Of a stretch of 64,000 nt of DNA, positions 56,280 through 64,000 are shown in pieces. The number at the start of each line of letters is the position of its first letter. Within the stretch, counting starts at the first letter, position 1. Where the stretch lies: contig JANBVK010000001.1 in assembly GCA_024239035.1 (NCBI GenBank), forward strand, positions 423,062-487,061. Reading direction: 5' to 3'. The notes beneath the pieces are model-generated. The model worked only from the letters and a program-made list of their open reading frames with translations. It searched no databases and had not been told where the DNA came from. The DNA is from Patescibacteria group bacterium (GTDB taxonomy: Bacteria; Patescibacteriota; Minisyncoccia; UBA6257; GWB1-50-10). A program made the position numbers and the translations under genes.

Positions 56280-56321
56280 AGTTGCCCCATGTTTTAACAT
56301 ATGTTAAAACATGGGGCAACT
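56280..56321. repeat. Perfect 42-bp palindrome
   Basis: agttgccccatgttttaacat|atgttaaaacatggggcaact. Confidence 0.95.
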
Positions 56322-56409
56322 TTTAAGGATCGTGCTAAATGCATGGGTAAACTGAGGATAGCAATAAGTAAAGTTGATGGAAGCGGACTTTCTCATTAAA
56401 ATACTTACT

Positions 56410-57150
56410 ATGACAGAAGAATGGTGGAAAAAGTTTTTCGGGGAGGGTTATATAAAAGAATGGGAAGAGGCGGGGATGTTTAGATATACGCGGCGGGAAG
56501 TCAACTTCTTAGAGAAAGTAATTCCACTCCGGAAAAAGGATGAGATTTTGGACCTGTGCTGCGGGCATGGTAGGCACGCGATTGAACTTGCGCGGAGAGG
56601 ATATAAAGTTACAGGACTCGATTTTTCTTTGTACGCGTTAGGGATAGCGAGGAGAGAGGCGAAACGGAGAAATCTTATAGTCAGTTTTGTGCGGGGCGAT
56701 GCACGTAATTTCAAGTTTCGGAAAAAGTTTGATGTCATTATTAACATGTTTACCGCATTTGGGTACGGTAGCAGAGAAGATGACCGAAAGATTATTCGGA
56801 ACGTGAGCCGGAGCTTGAGGAAGGAAGGCAAGTTTTTTATAGATTTGCAGAGCTTGCCGTGGCTCTGGAGAAATTTTAAACCAGTGAGGCGTGAACGAGT
56901 CGGAAAACTGAGGATTGTAGATAAGAGAACCTATGATTTCCTCGAAGGTGTTGTGCGCAGCATACGTATAGTATCCGATGGGACACGTAAAAGGATCAGC
57001 CGTACGCAGACTCGCAGCTATACTCTGGCAGAACTAGAAAACCTTCTTGTAGAAGAGGGGTTGAAAGTAGTTAAGTTTTTCGGGTCTTATAAGGGCCAGC
57101 CCTTCGGTTTTAATACTAAGCGGATGCTAGTTGTTGCAAAAAAAATATGA
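56410..57150 (+). CDS. Class I SAM-dependent methyltransferase
   Basis: ILDLCCGHGRH, GLDFS and FDVIINMFTAFGY motifs; ATGA overlap with leuS. Confidence 0.92.
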   Translation: MTEEWWKKFFGEGYIKEWEEAGMFRYTRREVNFLEKVIPLRKKDEILDLCCGHGRHAIELARRGYKVTGLDFSLYALGIARREAKRRNLIVSFVRGDARNFKFRKKFDVIINMFTAFGYGSREDDRKIIRNVSRSLRKEGKFFIDLQSLPWLWRNFKPVRRERVGKLRIVDKRTYDFLEGVVRSIRIVSDGTRKRISRTQTRSYTLAELENLLVEEGLKVVKFFGSYKGQPFGFNTKRMLVVAKKI

Positions 57151-60032
57151 AATACGATTTTCAGAAAATAGAACGCAGGTGGCAGAAATTCTGGCGTGAG
57201 AAGAAAGTTTACGAGCCCCTTAACATGACTCGGGGCAAGCCAAACCTAAAGTTATCCACCAGCCGGCAGAAACCTTTCTATAACTTGATGATGTTCCCTT
57301 ATCCGTCGGCCGAAGGGTTGCATGTGGGAAACATGTATGCTTTTACCGGCGGTGACGTTTACGGCAGATTCAAGCGGATGCAGGGGTTCAATGTATTTGA
57401 ACCAATGGGGCTTGATGGTTTCGGGATTCACTCAGAGAACTATGCTTTGAAAATCGGCGTCCATCCGATGAAACAGGCTGAAATTTCCGAGAAGAGATTT
57501 TACAAACAACTTGAGATGATCGGTAATGGTTTTGCCTGGGATGAAAGACTTGAAACTTATGACCCCAAATATTACCGCTGGACTCAGTGGATTTTTGTCC
57601 AACTATTTAAGCATGGCCTCGCCTACCGTAAAAAGGCACCAGTTAACTGGTGTCCGAGTTGTAAAACCGTGCTCGCTGATGAGCAGGTTATCACGGGCAG
57701 ATGTGAACGGTGCTCGCACTTAGTTATTAAAAAAGAGCTTGAGCAATGGTTTTTTAAAATTACAAAGTATGCTGACAAACTGCTTAAAAATTTAGACAAA
57801 ATTGATTGGTCAGAACGGGTAAAAATTGCCCAGCGAAATTGGATCGGCCGTTCAGAGGGAGCAGAGATTGAATTTAGAATTAAGAATCATGAGTCAAGCA
57901 TAAAAGTTTTCACTACCCGCCCGGATACACTTTTCGGTGCGACTTATATGGTTCTAGCTCCGGAGCATGAGTTGATTGAGAATCTAGAATCCAGCATTAA
58001 TAACTTAGAGGAAGTTAAAAAATACGTTAAAAAAGCCGGAAGTGAAAGCGATGAAGAACGGATTGCCGAAGACAGGGAAAAATCAGGGGTGGAGTTGAAA
58101 GGCGTAAAAGCAGTTAACCCGGCAACAAAAGAAGAAATTCCGATATGGGTTGCGGATTATGTGTTGGGTCATGTTGGTACCGGCGCAATTATGGCTGTGC
58201 CGGCACACGATGAGCGCGACCTTGAGTTTGCGATAAAATATGACTTACCGGTTCGTCAAGTTGTAGAAGCAGAATATACGCAAATGACCGAGCCCGGTAT
58301 GGTAAAAAAAGAATTACCATTCGTTGAGCGAGATGGAATTATTGCTATTATCAAACATTGGTCCGAAGAAAAGTATATTGGATTGAAGTGGAAATCAGTA
58401 GCATGGGGTACTTGGGTTACGGGTGGTATTGAAAAGGACCAGACGCCGGAGCAGGCCGCTCGCGCGGAGGTGTTGGAAGAAGTTGGATATCGCAATCTTA
58501 GATTTGTAAAAGATTTGGGTATTGTGCATGGTAAGTTTTACCACGTGCCCAAGAAAGAAAATCGTTGGGTGCATGCCCACTGTCTTTATTTTGAGCTTGA
58601 AGACGATGCTCGCGACGAAGTATCAGAGAAAGAAAAAGCGATTCACGAATTAACTTGGCTTTCAAAAGAAGAAGTTGAAAGGTTTCTTACCCCCAGTACT
58701 CATCTATGGGCGTGGCGAAAATTATGCGGCGAGTTAGTGTATATTGGAAATGGTTATCTTAAAAATTCCGGCAAATTTGATGGTATCGCATCGGAGAAAG
58801 CTAAATGGGAAATTACAAAATTCGTCGGCGGAAAAAAAGAGATTCATTATCGTATCCGCGACTGGTTGATTTCTCGTCAGCGTTACTGGGGTGTGCCGAT
58901 CCCTATGATTTATTGCGAACGGTGTGACTGGCAGCCTGTTCCGGAAAAAGATTTACCTGTGAAACTCCCTTTCATTAAAGACTTCCGACCAAAAGGGAAG
59001 GGCCAATCTCCTCTTGCATCAGAAAAATCTTTTTATGAAACAAAATGCCCTAAATGTGGCGGCGCGGCACGGCGGGAAACGGATGTGTCGGATACTTTCT
59101 TGGATTCCGCCTGGTATTATCTTCGTTACCCTTCGACTCGCTCTGCTCACTCAGGGCAAGTCCCGTGGGACCCGGAAATTACCAAGAAGTGGTTACCGGT
59201 TGATATGTATATTGGCGGCGCGGAGCACTCGGTATTGCATCTTTTATATTCTCGGTTTTTAGCAATGGCGTTTAATGATTGGGGGCTGGTTCATTTTAAG
59301 GACGGAGAACCGTTTACTGTATTCCGTGCTCACGGTCTTTTGATCAGTGAAGGAAAGAAAATGTCAAAGTCAAAAGGGAACATTGTAAATCCGGATTTCT
59401 ATGTTAAGAAATTTGGTGCTGACGCGTTTCGGATGTATCTTATGTTTTTGGCGCCCTTTGAGCAGGGTGGTGATTTTCGCGATGCAGGAATTTTAGGGAT
59501 TACGCGGTTTTTGGAAAGAGTTTGGAAATTATTTAATAATGATAAAAAAGACAAGAAGGACATAGACAAAAACCTAGAAAAATCATTACATCAATCAATT
59601 AAGAAAGTAACAGAAGATATTGAAAATTTACATTATAATACTGCAATCAGTACGTTAATGATTTTATTAAGTAAAATGGAAGAGCAAGGAGATAAATTGT
59701 CGACTGGCATATATCAAACATTCCTGAAGCTTCTTGCTCCCTTCGCGCCGCACATTACAGAAGAATTGTGGAGCCAATTAGGGAGCAAAAAATCAATTCA
59801 TATAGAACCTTGGCCCGCATACAACCCAAAGCTTATAGAAGAAGAAACCTTTAAGCTGATAGTGCAAGTGAATGGTAAGATGAGAGATACGATAACGGCA
59901 GATACCGGAATTTCCCAAAAAGAAGCCGAGGCAATTGCCTTATCTTTAGAAAACATAAAGAGGCACATAGGGAATAAAAAAAGTAAAAAGATTATTTTTG
60001 TGAAAGATAGATTAATTAATTTTGTGATTTAA
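57147..60032 (+). CDS. leuS: Leucine--tRNA ligase with an inserted Nudix-like domain
   Basis: MFPYPS..HVGN, FTTRPDT, GAIMAVPAHD, WLISRQRYWG, GGAEH and KMSKS motifs. Confidence 0.97.
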   Translation: MKYDFQKIERRWQKFWREKKVYEPLNMTRGKPNLKLSTSRQKPFYNLMMFPYPSAEGLHVGNMYAFTGGDVYGRFKRMQGFNVFEPMGLDGFGIHSENYALKIGVHPMKQAEISEKRFYKQLEMIGNGFAWDERLETYDPKYYRWTQWIFVQLFKHGLAYRKKAPVNWCPSCKTVLADEQVITGRCERCSHLVIKKELEQWFFKITKYADKLLKNLDKIDWSERVKIAQRNWIGRSEGAEIEFRIKNHESSIKVFTTRPDTLFGATYMVLAPEHELIENLESSINNLEEVKKYVKKAGSESDEERIAEDREKSGVELKGVKAVNPATKEEIPIWVADYVLGHVGTGAIMAVPAHDERDLEFAIKYDLPVRQVVEAEYTQMTEPGMVKKELPFVERDGIIAIIKHWSEEKYIGLKWKSVAWGTWVTGGIEKDQTPEQAARAEVLEEVGYRNLRFVKDLGIVHGKFYHVPKKENRWVHAHCLYFELEDDARDEVSEKEKAIHELTWLSKEEVERFLTPSTHLWAWRKLCGELVYIGNGYLKNSGKFDGIASEKAKWEITKFVGGKKEIHYRIRDWLISRQRYWGVPIPMIYCERCDWQPVPEKDLPVKLPFIKDFRPKGKGQSPLASEKSFYETKCPKCGGAARRETDVSDTFLDSAWYYLRYPSTRSAHSGQVPWDPEITKKWLPVDMYIGGAEHSVLHLLYSRFLAMAFNDWGLVHFKDGEPFTVFRAHGLLISEGKKMSKSKGNIVNPDFYVKKFGADAFRMYLMFLAPFEQGGDFRDAGILGITRFLERVWKLFNNDKKDKKDIDKNLEKSLHQSIKKVTEDIENLHYNTAISTLMILLSKMEEQGDKLSTGIYQTFLKLLAPFAPHITEELWSQLGSKKSIHIEPWPAYNPKLIEEETFKLIVQVNGKMRDTITADTGISQKEAEAIALSLENIKRHIGNKKSKKIIFVKDRLINFVI

Positions 60033-60034
60033 CT

Positions 60035-60928
60035 ATGCGTTACGTCGGATTAATCATAGTAATTATCATTGTAATCGTGATTATCTATAACGGAGTTTTA
60101 TGGGTATCCAGTAATCTAAGTCTTAGCGAAATTTTTTATCTGCCGTCAGGTCGGACTACGAGTTCAACCGTTGGATTAAAAGAGAAAACTACACCAAAGA
60201 TTAAAATTGAAATCTCGCCTAAAACCAGCGAACCCGTTAAACCCTCTATTACACCCCCACCGGGCTTCAGTTTAAGTGACCTCTCGCCGCGCTATGGAGA
60301 AGTGGATATCCGTTCAGTAAGACGCCCTTCCCGTATCGGGCAAGGGGGGCAATTTACTCTCCGCGCCAAAACATCTCTTGAAGAGTCAGTGAACGTCACG
60401 GAATGGAGAATAAAATCAAACGATGGAGAAATAATTCTTCGTGGAGCAAGGTCGTCGTTTGGTCCTATAAACATTACAAATATTATTATCCGTCCCGGTA
60501 CATCCGCAGTCGTGTATGGCGGCACAGTTTCTTCTATAGAGAACATAGAACTTAATAAATGCACCGGTTATTTGAACAACACTTATTCACCAGATCCGAA
60601 ATTGCCGAACAACTGTCCCCGACCGAGTCGCAGTGAAGTTACTGCCTTTTCTGGCGACTGCCAATCTTTTGTTTTATCGCTTAGGAGTTGTGAGATGCCG
60701 ACTACGGAAGACTTGAATAGATTCAGCGGCTCCGATGATGTTTCGTGTCACGTATTCTTGACTCGTCTGAATTATCAGAATTGTTACAACAAATATTCCA
60801 GGGATTCTAATTTCTTCTCGTACGGATGGCGGATATGGCTGGATCAAATTTTGCCGTTTGACTCCTCTCACGACCGACTTCTTCTCCTTGATAGGCAAGG
60901 TTTGTTGGTAGATGAGCACAGCTACTAG
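60035..60928 (+). CDS. Hypothetical membrane-anchored Cys-rich protein (lamin-tail-like segments)
   Basis: N-terminal TM, VNVTEWRIKS and DRLLLLDRQGLLVD segments, six Cys. Confidence 0.7.
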   Translation: MRYVGLIIVIIIVIVIIYNGVLWVSSNLSLSEIFYLPSGRTTSSTVGLKEKTTPKIKIEISPKTSEPVKPSITPPPGFSLSDLSPRYGEVDIRSVRRPSRIGQGGQFTLRAKTSLEESVNVTEWRIKSNDGEIILRGARSSFGPINITNIIIRPGTSAVVYGGTVSSIENIELNKCTGYLNNTYSPDPKLPNNCPRPSRSEVTAFSGDCQSFVLSLRSCEMPTTEDLNRFSGSDDVSCHVFLTRLNYQNCYNKYSRDSNFFSYGWRIWLDQILPFDSSHDRLLLLDRQGLLVDEHSY

Positions 60929-60933
60929 AGTTT

Positions 60934-61989
60934 CTACTTTCTTTCTCCTAGCACCACTTTTGTCTCAAAGGTTCTTTTACCTCTTAGAACTTTTAATGCA
61001 GCATTACTGCCGACTTCGCAGTCTTCAAGATAGTCCTGGATATTCTTCTCTGTGGTTATTTTTTGGCCGCCCCATTCCAGAATAATATCTTTTTCTCTGA
61101 GACCTGCTCTCGCCGCCGGACCCTTAGGGACAATTGCCTGGTCTAAGGGGTGTTCTTTCACGATAAGAGCTCCATACTCTACCGGTAGATTTAATTTCTC
61201 TTTTATGTCTTGGTTGAGGGTAAGATAACGGAGACCTAAGAAGGGACGGCGGATTACGCCGTGTTTTTTTAAATCTTCTAAATCTCTCTCCGCCGCCTTA
61301 ATTGGAATAGCAAAACCTATATTTTGAGCACCGTATACAACAGCAGTATTAATGCCTATAACGGCCCCGAAAATATCCGTAAGCGGACCGCCGGAATTAC
61401 CCGGATTTATAGCAGCGTCAGTTTGGATTAACCCTCGCATCTCTCGTGCTGGTGATGAAGGGTCAGGCTGCGCACTTATTGAGCGGGAAAGGCCGGAGAT
61501 AATGCCGGTTGAGACCGTATTTTTGAAAATACCGAGAGCGTTGCCAAAAGCGAGCACAGTCTGTCCCATTTCAGGATTCTCAGAATTACCCAATGACACA
61601 GTCTTCATTTTTTTTGGCGCGTGATTTGAGGGGTTTACTATCTTCAGTATTGCGACGTCGTCTAAAGGGTCGCGCGCCACAACCTCGGTCTTATATTTTT
61701 CTCCATCATTGGTAATAATCGTGTATTCTGCTCTCGGTTCGGCAATAACGTGCTTATTAGTTAAGATTGTTCCGTTTTCGCCAACAATGAATCCTGATCC
61801 TCCGCCAATCTGCACCATTCCATGGGCATCGATTTTATCCGGTGGTATATTGAGTTGGGGGTGTTCCCAGAAAGGGTACATCTGGGGCAACTCTCTTCTT
61901 AAATCGTCCAGCTTTTTTGATATAACGATTGAAACAACCGCCGGCATCACTTCCTTAACGGTATCTATTATTTGCGATTTTTCTTTCAT
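60934..61989 (-). CDS. htrA: HtrA/DegP-type trypsin-like serine protease with PDZ domain
   Basis: GSGFIV, TNKHV, IQTDAAINPGNSGGPL and PDZ domain; no signal peptide. Confidence 0.93.
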   Translation of the reverse strand: MKEKSQIIDTVKEVMPAVVSIVISKKLDDLRRELPQMYPFWEHPQLNIPPDKIDAHGMVQIGGGSGFIVGENGTILTNKHVIAEPRAEYTIITNDGEKYKTEVVARDPLDDVAILKIVNPSNHAPKKMKTVSLGNSENPEMGQTVLAFGNALGIFKNTVSTGIISGLSRSISAQPDPSSPAREMRGLIQTDAAINPGNSGGPLTDIFGAVIGINTAVVYGAQNIGFAIPIKAAERDLEDLKKHGVIRRPFLGLRYLTLNQDIKEKLNLPVEYGALIVKEHPLDQAIVPKGPAARAGLREKDIILEWGGQKITTEKNIQDYLEDCEVGSNAALKVLRGKRTFETKVVLGERK

Positions 61990-62073
61990 TGTTTTAGTTT
62001 TATTTATACTGCTCGCTAGAGAACCTTCATATTATGATAATATATAAACGCTCAATGCGAAACTAATATATTT

Positions 62074-63549
62074 ATGCACAGGTTTTTTGAAATTTTACCG
62101 GGTAGCTTGGTTTGGCTTACGTTCCTCTTGATGTTTTTGTTTTCCTGGAAATTTCCGTCTGCGGTAGCTATTTTTTTTATCCTCTACACATTTTACTGGC
62201 TGTTCAGAATTATTTACCTGCATTTTCACTTACGTTTCTCTTTTAACGAGGCGCGGGAAAACCTGAAAGTTAACTGGTTGGAGAAATTAAAGCAATTGAC
62301 ACCGAGTAACTGGCAAGAGATTTACCATTTAGTTGTTTTGCCAATGTATAAAGAACCAATTGAAGTGATTGAAGAAACTTTCAAGGCCCTTAAGGCGACT
62401 GATTATCCTAAAGACAGAATTATAGTGGTTCTTGCGACCGAGGAGCGAGCCGGCCTAGAAGCGAAAAAGACTGCTTCAAAAATAGAGAAAAAGTTCGGTA
62501 AAGATTTTTTTAAATTTTTAGTTACCAATCATCCTGATAATTTACCAAACGAGATTCCAGGTAAGGGTTCTAACGAGACTTGGGCTACAAAACAGGCAAA
62601 GGAGAAAATAATTGACGTCCTTGGTCTTAATTACGAACGTATCATTGCCTCTGTTTTTGATGTTGATACCCAGGTGCCGCCGGGATATTTTGGCCGATTA
62701 ACTTATGTGTTCTTGACATGCGATAATCCCCAGAGATCGAGCTATCAACCCATACCGCTTTTTGTAAACAACATATACCAAGCTCCGGTTTTCTCAAGAG
62801 TGATGTCTTTTTTTCCGACTTTTTGGCAGATGATGCAGCAGTCCCGATTCGAACAGCTTAGCACTTTTACCTCCCAGGCGATGCCTTTTAAGGCCTTGGT
62901 GGAAATTGGTTTTTGGGATACGCATTTAGTTTCGGAGGACTCACTTGTCTTCTGGAAATTTTACTTTCATTATGATGGCGATTGGCGCACCGAGCCGCTA
63001 TACTATCCCATCTCGATGGATGCTACCTCGGCTAAAACATTGTGGGGGACGGCAGTAAATCTTTATAAACAGCAGCGCCGTTGGGCATGGGGAGCGGAAA
63101 ATATCCCTTATATGTTAAGCGGCTTTGTAAAAAATAAGAAAATCCCTTTTCGTAAAAAGGTTTTTTGGACGTTTGTTTTTATGGAAGGATTTCACTCTTG
63201 GGCTACCTCTCCTTTTATTCTTTTTATACTTGGTTGGTTGCCACTTTTTCTAGGCAGTTACGAGTTTAGCTTGACGCTCTTGTCGTATAACTTTTCCAGG
63301 ATATCGGGTTTTATATTAAATTTTTCCGTTGCAGGCCTTATTGCCTCGGCGGTTTTAAGCATCGTCTTATTACCACCTAAGCCGAAATGGTTTCGTAAAA
63401 AACACTACATCGTTTATTTCCTGCAGTGGCTTCTCGTTCCTGTCCTCTTGGTTGTCTTTAGCGCGATCCCCGCAGTCGAGTCTCAAACCCGGCTGATGTT
63501 GGGCGGCAGGTTCCGTCTCGGATTCTGGCCGACGCCGAAAAATCGTTAG
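62074..63549 (+). CDS. Processive glycosyltransferase family 2 membrane protein
   Basis: PMYKE, GKGSN, DVD, SED and QQRRW motifs with flanking TMs. Confidence 0.9.
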   Translation: MHRFFEILPGSLVWLTFLLMFLFSWKFPSAVAIFFILYTFYWLFRIIYLHFHLRFSFNEARENLKVNWLEKLKQLTPSNWQEIYHLVVLPMYKEPIEVIEETFKALKATDYPKDRIIVVLATEERAGLEAKKTASKIEKKFGKDFFKFLVTNHPDNLPNEIPGKGSNETWATKQAKEKIIDVLGLNYERIIASVFDVDTQVPPGYFGRLTYVFLTCDNPQRSSYQPIPLFVNNIYQAPVFSRVMSFFPTFWQMMQQSRFEQLSTFTSQAMPFKALVEIGFWDTHLVSEDSLVFWKFYFHYDGDWRTEPLYYPISMDATSAKTLWGTAVNLYKQQRRWAWGAENIPYMLSGFVKNKKIPFRKKVFWTFVFMEGFHSWATSPFILFILGWLPLFLGSYEFSLTLLSYNFSRISGFILNFSVAGLIASAVLSIVLLPPKPKWFRKKHYIVYFLQWLLVPVLLVVFSAIPAVESQTRLMLGGRFRLGFWPTPKNR

Positions 63550-63731
63550 CGGAGGGTAGAGGGAATCGAACAAAATAATTTGGTTAACAAATTATTTTCT
63601 CAGAACCCTCGGTTCTGAGTAATCTCCAATACGGGGAGACCTAAAACTTCTCCCCGACCCCCTCTCGTGTTCGAATCCCACTGACAAGATATACAAAAGG
63701 GATATCACAAGGACATCTCTTTTGTATATTT
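63549..63731 (-). mobile_element. Non-coding tRNA-3'-associated element, copy B
   Basis: Ends with an exact 14-bp duplicate of the tRNA-Ser 3' end; core homologous to copy A. Mobility is inferred. Confidence 0.65.
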
Positions 63732-63732
63732 G

Positions 63733-63819
63733 CGGAGGGTAGAGGATTCGAACCTCTGAGGGGATTTCTCCCCAACCGCATTTCGAGTGCGGCGCATTAG
63801 ACCGCTCTGCCAACCCTCC
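63733..63819 (-). tRNA. tRNA-Ser (CGA)
   Basis: Acceptor GGAGGGT/ACCCTCC, anticodon arm CCGCA-CTCGAAA-TGCGG, long variable arm, discriminator G. Confidence 0.96.
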
Positions 63820-63820
63820 G

Positions 63821-63893
63821 TACCCTCGAGAGGAATCGAACCCCTATCACCGCGTTAGGAGTGCGGTGCTCTATCCATTTGAGCTACGAGGGC
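63821..63893 (-). tRNA. tRNA-Arg (CCT)
   Basis: Acceptor GCCCTCG/CGAGGGT, loop CTCCTAA, GTTCGATT T-loop; 1 nt upstream of tRNA-Ser. Confidence 0.95.
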
Positions 63894-63969
63894 ATAAAAA
63901 CTTGCTCTATATAGTTATAATTTAAGTTGATTAGAGTGTAAAGTTTTGTTATTATCTAGCTTGTTAAAC

Positions 63970-64000
63970 GGGCGGTTAGCTCAGTTGGTTAGAGTGTCTC
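63970..64000 (+). tRNA. tRNA 5' part (truncated by window edge; identity not determinable)
   Basis: GGGCGGTTAGCTCAGTTGGTTAGAG acceptor/D-arm pattern. Confidence 0.8.

Noticed and set aside
63592-63813. 73-aa ORF on the minus strand
   Set aside because: It overlaps tRNA-Ser and the non-coding element; spurious translation
1-64000. Alternative genetic code (UGA=Gly) as in Gracilibacteria/Absconditabacteria
   Set aside because: Conserved genes are full length under code 11, and several end in TGA at the expected position

Overview
A 64-kb stretch of bacterial chromosome using the standard genetic code (TGA is a stop). The gene set and style point, by inference, to a Patescibacteria/CPR (Parcubacteria-like) genome: short VirB2-like pilins, a PrgI/VirB6-like locus, homodimeric GlyRS, a C-terminally shortened ValRS, a membrane pyrophosphatase and few Shine-Dalgarno sites. 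Most of the window is housekeeping: rsmA, comM, ftsK, recA, folD, glyA, an S1-domain protein, gyrA, ftsH, a xerC-like recombinase, rpsO, pnp, nusA, hppA, murD, valS, tsaD, recO, glyQS, tatD, leuS and htrA, plus five complete tRNAs and one partial tRNA. The notable signals are non-coding. (1) An accessory array (26.4-29.6 kb) next to tRNA-Leu, in which three unrelated gene units each begin with a near-identical 35-48 bp repeat that is itself a consensus sigma70 promoter and each end in a terminator. (2) A ~185-bp structured non-coding element found twice, behind tRNA-Leu and tRNA-Ser, each time closed by a duplicate of its own host tRNA 3' end and showing compensatory base changes. (3) Families of short palindromic and 7-nt-period inserts sitting in-frame inside essential genes. 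Also present: a tRNA-Ile with a UAU anticodon, a hairpin-disrupted tRNA-Val 5' copy, a Nudix domain inserted in LeuRS and a cleanly split phosphohexomutase. All calls were made by eye; no database searches were run.
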